DNA of 64,000 nucleotides from Octopus bimaculoides. Lineage: Eukaryota. The notes below the pieces were generated by a model. That model was not told the DNA's origin. It ran no database searches and worked only from the letters and a program-made list of their open reading frames with translations. This document shows, in pieces, positions 48,917 through 60,900 of the stretch (position 1 is the first letter of the stretch; the number at the start of each line of letters is the position of its first letter). The DNA lies in NCBI RefSeq assembly GCF_001194135.2, contig NC_068986.1, positions 21,556,457-21,620,456 of the forward strand. The letters are read 5' to 3'. The position numbers and the translations under genes are program-made.

Positions 48917-51900
48917 GTATGATTATATATTCAAATAGATTACAGCCTCATTGTTAAGTAATTAATCCAAAAAGGATTTATAAATTTATTCAATATGCTT
49001 TTCCTTTTAATCAACTATAAATCAATCTTGTTGAATAAGAAAACAGAGAAGAGGGAGAAATTCTTACAATGTGACAAGGAAAAAATTTAATAACCTTTAT
49101 ATATTTCAGGCACAGAAGCCTATCATCAAAATAAACAGTCCAGAAATCCTGTGGTGTCCTTGTGAGTTACGAGTACACCATTGCCCCTATTATGAACTCT
49201 GCAGCCATTAGTGGCACCATTTGAGGAATGACGGCTGTTCCTATATTCACCGATTTCAATGATATTCTTCACCCACTTTTTTAGACAATTCCATTTGACT
49301 GATTGGAAGATCTTTTTCTCATAAATAATAATCTAGATACACTCGTATCTCAACTGCAATAGATATTATCCTTCAGAATTTCAGGATATTTACACTCAGT
49401 TCTAATGAATCTTTTGAGCTTGAAAAGGCCTTTCTCAGTTGCCCTGTTGCAGCTTGCTCTCTTTATTAAGACTTAAACACCCCTAATATTTCTTCAGTGA
49501 AATATCTCTGAAATGGAAAATATATTTACTCCCCTGACTTAGTTGAGGGACTTTTTCGTGATCTTTTCTTGTCATACAACCTCACTACTGCTGGTGGCAT
49601 GAAAAAAGTCATCCGCTTTATACTATTAAGCTGTAGGTGTTAGGAATGGCATCCAGCCATAGAAGTCGTGCCAATGCTGACGCTGGAGCTTAATGCAGCC
49701 TTGAGGCTTGCCGGATCCTGTCAAACCATCCAATGAATGTTAGATGACAATAATGACATTAGGCTTATCAGATGATTGAAAAAGAATTCACAGGGTTATC
49801 TCATAAAATTACTTTAAAATGACAATTATAGTTTTGAAGAATGTGTAATTTTTGACCATTATTAATGATAAGATTAATTTTGATTCTATTCTCTGTTTTT
49901 TTCTTTTTCTGGTTCATTTGTAGAGAGCTCTTCCTTCTCAGAAGAAAGGTGTTTTCATTGTGAGCTCACTTCTTCAAAATGTAACGGCTGCTGTCATCCA
50001 AGATATAATCCAATCCAGCCAATTTCAATATGTAATTATTATCACAACTGTCAGCCCCTATACTCATGCCCTGTGCAAAAGCAGTATCCAGGGAGCTGAT
50101 TTACCCAATTCAGCGGGACAACAAATATTTCACCAGTTTGAAGACAATGTATTGGAGTGGCTTGGAAATCTTGTAAGTATAACAGTTTGTTTAAAAATTA
50201 AATATAAATTTATAGGGACAGGCATTACTGTGTGGTTAAGAAGTACACTTCTTGACCATGTGCTTTCAAGTTCAGTCCTACTGTATGGAACCTTGAGCAA
50301 GTGTCTTCTGCTATAGCCCAAAGACTTGTGAGTGGATTCGGTAGACAGAAACTGAAAAAAACCCATCATGTGCATATGTGCGCATGTGCGCATGTGTGTG
50401 TGTGTGTGTTTGTGTCTCTTTGTCTTTATGATAGTTGTAAATGAGTGTTACCATCATACAAGCAGTGACATATCTTTCCAATCTTCCATGGAAACCTGTC
50501 CAGCCATAGTGAAATGTTACCATACTTGGAAACGTGAAGATTGGCAATAAGAAGGGCATCCAGCCATAGAGGATTTGCCTCAACAAGTTCTGTCTGACCC
50601 ATGCAAGCATGGAAAAGTAGATATTAAGACAATGAGAATAATGCTGGTAAGTGTGTGACATGCATTTCATTGTAGTCATTATCACTAGAGAAGTTTGTCA
50701 TGTCTTCAAAAAGACTAAAGCACCCTTCTACAGTGCATTGTATCCCTTCATTTGCTAGCTCCACTACAGAGTGAGCTGGGTGCATTTATCATGGCACTAG
50801 CATAAGAAGGGTTCCCTTGTCCCCTGCAAGACTCTATTTTCTTCAAGACAAAAATAACTGAGGGCATGTTTCTCTTGAAAAAATGGTGGCAATGTTGAGC
50901 AATTATGTAAAATATTTTTATAAGGATTATGAAAGAAATTTACCATTATTTTGTAAGTTAGAGAAATAATAATGATGAATTTTTCAGGATTAAATATGTA
51001 TATATTTGCCTTACTTTCTTTCTTGTTTATATTCTAAATATTTCTTCTTCTTCAGAATTATACAGTCGAAATCACTCATGTTCCATTATCCACAATAACC
51101 GTGGGGGAAAATCTCTTCATAAACCCCGCATATACTGAGATGTTCCCTTTATCAAAAGCAGATGTGAAAGAGATTGATCTACGTATTCGAGCTGCAAGAG
51201 TAAGTTTGATAGTCTTTTATAACAGGGTTTTGAAATTGCTAATTACTTGAGAGATTTTGAAACATTTATAGATAATAATGTTTACCAAAGTTTTTCATCA
51301 TACATTTATCATCCTCGTCATCATCATCATTTAACGTCCGCTTTCCATGCTAGCATGGGTTGGACGATTTGACTGAGGACTGGTGAAACCGGATGGCAAC
51401 ACCAGGCTCCAATCTAATTTGGCAGAGTTTCTACAGCTGGATACCCTTCCTAACGCCAACCACTTAGAGAGTGTAGTGGGTGTTTTTAGGTGTCACCCGC
51501 ACGAAGGCCAGTCAGGCGGTACTGGCAACGGCCACGCTCGAAATGGTGTCTTTTATGTGCCACCCACACAAGAGCCAGTCCAGGGGCACTGGCAACGATC
51601 TCGCTCGAAATTCCTANNNNNNNNNNNNNNNNNNNNNNNNNNNNNNNNNNNNNNNNNNNNNNNNNNNNNNNNNNNNNNNNNNNNNNNNNNNNNNNNNNNN
51701 NNNNNNNNNNNNNNNNNNNNNNNNNNNNNNNNNNNNNNNNNNNNNNNNNNNNNNNNNNNNNNNNNNNNNNNNNNNNNNNATCCTCATCCATTCTCACCAC
51801 ATGTCCATACCAGCGCAATCGTCTCTCTTGCACACCACAATTGATGCTTCTAATGTTCAGCTTTTCTCTCAAGATACTTACACTCTGACGGGTATTCACA

Positions 51901-54900
51901 TTGACATTACACATCCAACGGAGCATACTGGCTTCATTCCTTGCGAGCTTACGCATGTCCTCAGCAGTTACAGCCCATGTTTCACTGCCATGTAGCATGG
52001 CTGTTCGTACACATGCGTCATACAGTCTGCCTTTTACTCTGAGTGAGAATCCCATTGTCGCCAGCAGAGGTAAGAGCTCTCTAAACTTTGCCCAGGCTAT
52101 TCTTATTCTAGCAGCTACACTTTCAGCTTACCCACCCCTCTACTAACTTGGTCACCCAGATAGCGGAAGCTATCGACTACCTCTAGTTTTTCACTCTGGA
52201 ATGAGATAGAAGTTGTTTCCTGTTTGTTTACAGTCTTTATTGCACCTGAACATCTGCCACATACAAAAACTAACTTCCTTCCTATAATAGAATTTATGAT
52301 GTGGTTAATGTACAAAATAATATATGCTGAGAGACGGTGATATTTAATATATCTTATTATAAAAAATAATATAAAAGAGACTACAACACAGTATTTTAAA
52401 TAACCAGCACAGTTAACCTACAAATTCTAGTTAAATCCCTCTTGCTAAGGAGGTACAACAAAAGTGATTTCTATTAATTTTTTCCTCTCTAATGAGTTCA
52501 TATAAATAGTAATTAATCTGTTTCCTGCTGGTGAAGGGATCATATAGCTGCTCCCTTGTTGACTCAAGGTATGACTGTTTTATAAAACAGAGATTTAGTG
52601 TTTTGGTACCCCTTTAATTTAGCATCTCTTTCTTCACTTTTATCCTCGAGAGAGTCAGGAATATCAAAAATTCTTAATTTTCCTTTCTACCATTTTATTA
52701 CAAGATTAAACATATAACCTGCACAATCATAAAAAGTGTTAGAAATTTTGATAATTTAGTATTTTGTTTAGCAATTGTTGCTTATTCATTTTTTCTCTCT
52801 TTTTTTTCTTCTTTTTTTTAGCCAGAGAAAACAACGAGCTGTCTTCCAGATTTGGAAATTTCACAGTTGCCAAGAAATTTACAAACATTATACAAAGTAT
52901 GTAAATCTTTTGAGATTTATTTTTATGTAATTTAATATTGTAAAAGATTTTATATTGAATCAACATTTCATGTAACTAGATAATTCTAACTAAAAGATGA
53001 AGATAAAGGGAAGATTAAAGCAGTATCAAATGTGATTAGTTGCTAAATAACTGCTGTTTTTACCAATTGGAATTTCATAGTAAATTACCAAATTATAATG
53101 ATCTAAAGGAAAAAAAATCATTCTTTACATTTTATATACCATCCAACCCATGCCAGCATGGGAAATGGATGTTAAATGATGATGATGATGATGATATTCA
53201 TAGTTAATTGTTGATTCTTGGCTACTATTGAAATGAATTTAATAGTATTGTAAGCTTAGATACATTAAAAAAAAAAACTAAAACAGAATTTGATTTAAAC
53301 CAATTTTTATCAAACTGGAGAGATTTCTTTTATTTTTGGCAACTTCCATCCAGATATTCTGGGGAAGCTATGTAGGTGCTAAACAATTTTCTAATTCAAA
53401 TTTATGATGCTTAACTACTGAAAAAATTTGATATTNNNNNNNNNNNNNNNNNNNNNNNNNNNNNTCTTCCTTTATTAAGAGATATTTTGTATAATTGTTA
53501 GTTTCTGACAGTAATTGATTCTAAGCTGAAAAGACATCAGTTTGTAACCCAGCACTAGAAAACAATTTTATTCATATATATAGAATTTTAAGCTCTTAAT
53601 GGCCAAATCGCTTTAGCTGTAAATAGGTGTTATGAGTTGGTACAGCTTCTTGTTGCAAGTGGGAGTACTGTAAAAGCAATGTTTTGCTACTGGGAAACAA
53701 TCGCTATGATAATAGGTGCTTTGGGAATCATCAAAAAACATGCATTCAAATACATAACCAAAACCTCAAGACTTATGAATATATTGGGTTGTCCAGAAAG
53801 TTTGTGCTGATTTTTAAAGGAAAGAAAAAGGTCAATAAATACTTGCCATTGCATTTTTAGTAGTTTATTTTTAATTTTGGAATTAATTATAAGTTGTGTT
53901 ACTTGCCTATCTTTTCAGATGTTTGTGTCATCATTTAATGACATTTTGGAACAACTCTCCGTAAAAGAAGACATCTATTCCGTTGGACATACCAGTCGAT
54001 GTATTGCTATGGAATTAGAAAACTATGGACCTGCAAAATCTCGACGAAAAGTAAGAAATATATGTTTGTATGTGGGTGTGTGTGTGTGCATTTATTCATT
54101 TATTTATTAGTTGGTCAGAGGAGATGCTGGCTTTCTTCGACTGGTGTTATCGATGTGGCTAGTTTCCATTTTAAACAGCTGCAGGTCAATGACTACCTAC
54201 AGGGAAAACATAGTGTGACATGTGACCGAATCAATATGATGACATCTTACTGACTGAAGGGGCATCAGTTCATAAATATACACTGATGGTGTACCATATC
54301 TATGACAAAGGCAATTGGCTCTCAAATGCAGGACTATGATTCACCTAATCATAATTCGTTGCCCATAAAGCTGGATACAATGTTCATTGCTATAGGCATC
54401 AGTACAACTATATATATATATGTATGCAATATTAATAATAAAGAGTATGTTATGAGTCAATCGCACAAATTTCTTTTACCTATCCCACTCCACACCAAGA
54501 GAGCCTGTATTTTTGTTAGAATTTTATTTTGTCCATATTATCATCAATGAAGCCCAGTTCCTGAGGTCAGGTGTGCACTGCAGCATCTCTTCCCTTTGTC
54601 TCTGTTTTACATCAGCTCTCATCAGAATTGAATGATTTAAACGTCTACTACATCTATCCTGTCTCATTCTTCCTTCATCCATCTAAGAATCTGGCTTCCC
54701 TCAACTGTTAACACAACATTTTTTTAACTCTATCACATCTTGGTAAAATATTTAGGTTAATACTAAAAACACTAATTAATGATATTTGTGAAAAGCGTTG
54801 AAAAAACCATAGCCCTATCTTATTTTAACTAGTATGTTTTATATTTTCACCTGAAATAGAATTGTGCCAGTAAAGCATCGGTTATTTTTGTGGATCGTTC

Positions 54901-57900
54901 TTTGGACATTGTTGGTGCTGTTGGTCATCAGACAGAAACTCTCTTTGATAAAATATTGTCAATTTTACCTTCATTACCTGGACACATCATTGACCGTAAT
55001 ATAAACATGGAATCCATGAGGCCAGATTCAAAGTAAGTTCAGAAATTATTGTATTCAATATGAACTTGTTTGACATAGTTTGCAATGCTGACACACCATG
55101 CCAACTGTTGGAAGATGGATTTGCTTTTGTATGTTTGTATGTTTGTAGTTCTATTTCAGTTCTTATTCAAAGAAACTCTTTTTTTCCTACTGTTTTAAAC
55201 TTGGAGAAACATGTTGGATAATGAAATCCATGATAAACTATGTCTAGAAAAAAAGTTGATAGTTTGATCATGTTTGGATTGTTTTTGTTCATGGGCTGGT
55301 TGAGTGAGGCTTGCCTTGGGGCAGAATAACAGCTTTAACTATTTCCAGATCACAAATCATTCATGTTGATGGTGTTTAACAGCAGTTTCTGAATTGCTAA
55401 GCAATGAGTTATATTTTTGATGGAGAGAATGTTGTTATAAGAAGTGTTTAAAAGACAAATCTACTGTTACCAATTTTCTTGCCCTTGTAATATGCAAATA
55501 CAGAACTAAAATCAAAAGTAGAGTCCCAAATGAGTATGAAACAATAACTGAAAAGTACAACTAATTGAAGAGTGCCACTTATTTAAAATCAACCAAACCT
55601 TCTAAAACATTGATAAATTTAAAAAAGCTCAACATGATTTTGTCTACAGTTAAGAAATTAAAGAATGGAAATATATTGAAAGCAAAATAGATTTGATTGT
55701 TTATACAGCAGTAAACAAACAATCCTCCCTAGCATGGTCAATGGCCAGTGAAATCAATCACAAGAAAAGTATCCTTTTTTTCCTTATATGTCTAGAATTA
55801 TAAGATTTTGCATTATTTAGTACACATTAATTAATTGTAGTATACAATGCTGTAGATCAGTTAGTTTATATTGTATATAATTATGTATAATTATTAGTTT
55901 TTCTTAAATGTCTTCATAGCTCAACTCACCACCACATTGTTCTTGTTACTTCTTATCAAAAAATTATATCTGTATTAATGATGTTATACACACATTGTTT
56001 TTACTTGTCTCTCATAATTTCCAATACTTGTAAACTTTAGAAAATTTTAAAATAAATTTGATAAACTGTACAAGTCAGAGCTACTTTTCATATAAAGTCC
56101 TGTCTCCTATTCAAAATCTAATCTCTATTTCTTAAATTGTCATTTATCAAATATGATCATTTAAGTGGCCACATCATATTTTGATTTTGGATTTTGTTCA
56201 CTCCATTCTGTATGACATAGCTGGAATGATAATTCATGTCACAAATTAACTTCATATCTATTAAACAAGCTTCTCTATTACAACTCCTAACTTCTGCATA
56301 CACTATGACAAACTCCTTACAGCATACATAGGACTCCTCACAAATTCTTTACCAAGTTTCTATCTTAGCTTATTTGAAGTATCAAGTGTATTACATATGA
56401 ATACTTCACATTATCTCACATTCCTTACAGATCACTTTTAAATAGGTTGTTAATAGATGTGCAATTGTCATTAACCCTTTTATTGTGGAAATCAGAAAAA
56501 TCCTCTCAAAATTTCATTACTTTTAACTGTGGAAAGCAGTTTATATACCACACTATGTTTTGTTGAAGAATGTCATGTTTGAAATTATTTTCTTGATGAG
56601 ACATGTCAGATTTATTGAGGCAATTTGTAGAAAATACCAATTCTATTGTTTGGTAGATATTTAACATCATTACTAGAATAATCATCAAATTTAATTTTAC
56701 AATTAAAGGGTTAATGGTAATAACAGAATCTCATTTCTTTATAATTCACTATCTGGCCATGTATTAATGCCATCACCTCTTCCAAAATAAACTGCATTGA
56801 CTTCACTGAATCATTCCAATTCTTATCTACTTGGTCTCTGACATCCACCATTTGTCTCTGGAATTACAGATATATATATTTATAGTCAAATCAAATCTCC
56901 ACTATCTTTCAAATCTTTAAGAAAATTTTAAAAGACTTTATCAACATTTTGTTTATTTCAATAGTGTTTCAGAAAAACCAGTATCTTCTGATGAACCTGC
57001 CATTGCTCCAGGATGTTTGGTTTCTGCTTATGATGAGAATGAAAGGGATCTCATTAATATTCTTATAAAAAATAATCAAAAGGTATTTGAACAGCCTTGG
57101 TTGTTCTATTTCTATTTTCTGTTGTTCAATTAGTAAATGTTATAATCTAGTGTCCATGTCTTAATTTATGTTTTGTAAATTAGAAAATTACCAATATCTG
57201 CTAATATTAATTTGCAGATATTATTTTTGTTTCTTTTTACTGGCTTCATTCAAGGGAATGTGGCCATGCTGCAGCAACACATTAAAGGGTTTAGTCGATC
57301 ACATTGACTCCAGCGGTTATTTTGAGTTTGCTACTTTATTTTGTTGGTCTCTTTTTTGCTGAACCCCTAGAATATGGGGATGTTAACAAACCAACACAAG
57401 TTGACAAGCACACAGATGTGCAAACAAACATGTGCACATGGACACACACATACAAAGTTATAAATTTGGTGAGTTTCTGTACAGTTTCCATCTACCAAAT
57501 TCACTCACATGATATTTGTTGGTCAGTTTAAGGCTATAGCAGAAAATAGTAGCCCAAAGTACTGCACAGTAGGACTGAACCTGAAACAGTATGGGTGCAA
57601 AGCAATTTTTTAACAACACAACCATAGCTGTGCCTAAATGTTGGTCATAGTTTTAGAATTATTTTATTCACAAATAGTTGATAAGTGACCTAGTATTTCA
57701 AAGAAGAAATACATAAAAAAATGAAATTAAATATAAATATATATATATATATANNNNNNNNNNNNNNNNNNNNNNNNNNNNNNNNNNNNNNNNNNNNNNN
57801 NNNNNNNNNNNNNNNNNNNNNNNNNACCATTACGGCTGATCTTACTAATCGGTTTCACACTAGGGGTTCAACGGAATATTAGATAAGTCTGATTATGTAA

Positions 57901-60900
57901 CCCTGCACTCTTCAGAGGTAGCCATTATGGACTGAAATATGGCATTGAATATTAAAGCAATATATTAAGAGGATTAGGTAAGGTCTTTTTTTTTTTTAAA
58001 AAAGAAATACAAAGAAAGATATTTGGAAATATATGTTTGTGCATTTGTACTATATATTTTTTGACTAAATTTCTCCACAGGAAGCAATGTCAGAAATTAA
58101 CGCCAGTGTTCTTCAAGCTGCAGTGGAAGAAAAGCTCCCCGTTAAAGTCGCTGTGAATCGAAACATTGTTGACAGTATAAAATCAACACTTAATTTGTTC
58201 AAGTATGTTTTAAGCTTTTTTTTGCAAATAAATTAGCTCCTTACACATCCTTTAGATCTACTGAAGAGTCAGGGGAGGTAATCATCGCTAAACCATTAAA
58301 AAAAGATTGTTAGTTGTGCATTTGAACAATATATACAATAAACTCATTATTATTAGAATCAGACAAAAAAAATTCAGTTCATTTGGGGTTTACATAAAGT
58401 TAACTTTGAAAGATTAGCAGAAAGCTTTCATAAATGCAATATATAGTTTAATTAATATTTATTTATTCATTTCAAAGGACAGAATTAGAAATATGGTTGC
58501 ATAAACTGATCCAAACATAATTTTTGTGTATTTCACTCCACATAAACTAAACCATGCAACATGGTGAAGTGGTTGTTTGCATGTCACACGTTATTCTTTT
58601 CAGTACCATCTCAAGACATGGGTACACCGGGCCAGTTGCCCAGGAGCTTCTATGTATGTTGTGGTTTGCAGTCAATGCATAAGTACAATAGAGCCCAGAA
58701 CATTCTTCTGCCTAGGGATCTATAATACTGTAAAATGACCCTGATTCTTTCTTAGCTAATAATTGTCTTTAAACTCAATTGATTACCTCTCTATGATTCT
58801 TCAAAGGATCTTAATAGTTGATGAGTGTCATGATTTAAAAAAAAAAGGAAAAAAAAACAAAGTAATATTTACACAGAGAACTTTTAACATTAAAAATGAT
58901 TTCTTTGTTTATTAAAAAAATAAAGTAGTTAAAAAAACTATTCCATTATTTTTTTGTAACTCATAGCTAGAGAAAAAAAGTTTAAATCTAATTTATTAAT
59001 TACATTAGAGATTTCTTTTTCTTGTTTTATTTATTCTGGTCATCAGAAATAATTATTTTGAAAATAAGCAAAAGATCACACATATAAAGAGGTGGTTATA
59101 ATTGATTAGATTTATTTGATTACTTAAACAGTTCTTATTTTACCAACCTCCACAGGAAATTGGTAAAAATTGGGTCATGACCAATTACTAGCATCTACTT
59201 TTTTTTTTTCTTTTTCCTCAAGCTGTAGGACTGGCTTCTTCAGTGTATGAGTGACTAAGATCACAACACTCACTTTGAATAAGACGCTGGTCTGTTGCAG
59301 AGTTCAAGGCGAACAGTTTTGAATGGAAGGGGAAAGCCAAGTATGTTGACCCTAGCGTTTGACTGGTACTTTATTTCATTGACCCTGATGGGATGAAGGG
59401 CAAAATTGACCTTGGCAAGGATTTGAAATCGGAACATAAAGAGCCAGAAGAAATGTCACTATGAATTTTGTACAACATGCTAATAATTGTGCCAGCTCAC
59501 TGCCTCCTACATAATTTGTCATAATCCTTTGTACTAGAAGCACAAGGCCTCAAATTTTGGGGGAAGGGATTAAGTTGAATACATCAACCCCAGTGTGTAA
59601 CTGGTACTAATTTTATCGACTCTGGAAGGATGAAACGCAAAGCTGACCTCGGCGGAATTTGAACTCTGAATGTAGCAATGGGTGAAATATTGCTAAGCAC
59701 CTGATCCAGCGTGCTAGCGATTCTGCCAGCTCGCTGCCTTACATATTTTGTCATAATGAACCATTTTGAAAAACCACTGCTGCTAGAAACATCTTAAATT
59801 CAGCCTCACATTCCTCTTGAAAAGTTGCAAATCAATAACTGCAGAAAAACCTACACTGCAAAAGAATTTCAGGAAGTCAATATTCTGAGAAGGAGGCCTA
59901 AGACATAGCATTCAGTACAAGGCCTGGTGGATGGATACAGTATATCATGTTTTATTTTTATGCATTCAGTTTTCAACAATAACATGGATACTGTTATGAA
60001 TTAGAATATTTACATATTCTTGAAGTGATTGTTTTTTGAAGCTCAGTGCTTACATTTTCATTTATGATATAGCTATAAAGTAGGAATGAAACTGGTCTGT
60101 CACTAATAGAAACTGAAGCTAAGAAAATGGGAGAATTTAACAGAAAAACTGTTTGTCCTAAATGTTTTATGTACTTTCTTGCAACTTCATTTTAATTCAA
60201 TAAGTTTTCACTAGGATTTACATTGAGCACAATGTTACATGTGGCAGTCATTGCGAATGCCATGTAATACCATGCACTTTGTTCTAATTAACTGATGACA
60301 ACTTCTGTAAAATGTATGATTTTTATTCACAAAATTACATGTAATATTCTGTTCTTTTTCCAAACAAATAATATTGTAAAATGTGGGATTATGTTGTAAA
60401 GCTGTAAAATTCTTGAAGTTTTATTGCAGAAAGAGAGAAAAAAAAAAAAAAAAGAATCTCTATTTTTTCTTTTTTTCATTTCCAGGGGAAGATATGATGT
60501 GATTCAAAAACATTTGGCAGCAATACAAGTTGCTTTGGCTGCTGTACAAATGTCAAACCATCCATCTAATAGTCATTTTAAACATCTTCAAGGAATGGAA
60601 AAAGTTATTTTACAAACTACTGCTGAAAAGAATGTCTCTCCTTTGAGTGAAATCTCTGAAATATTACGGATGTGTCAAAGCGAACGACATAAACCTCATG
60701 AAGGAAGGTAATTTGTGATAGAATTTATATTACCATATGACAAGTTTACTTTGTTTCCATTTCATTCCATATGTTTTTGTATGTTTCACCAAACCGGAAT
60801 TTTCTGAGGCTCAAATGAAATGCATTGTTTTTGTTCACCAGTTGAATCTTAATCCAGCAGATCTATAATTGATAGTTTTTCAGTCTTTTTAGAAGTATCC

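Noticed and set aside
49140-49580. Possible LINE endonuclease remnant on the minus strand
   Set aside because: The weak motifs occur in the wrong order and cannot be supported without a search.
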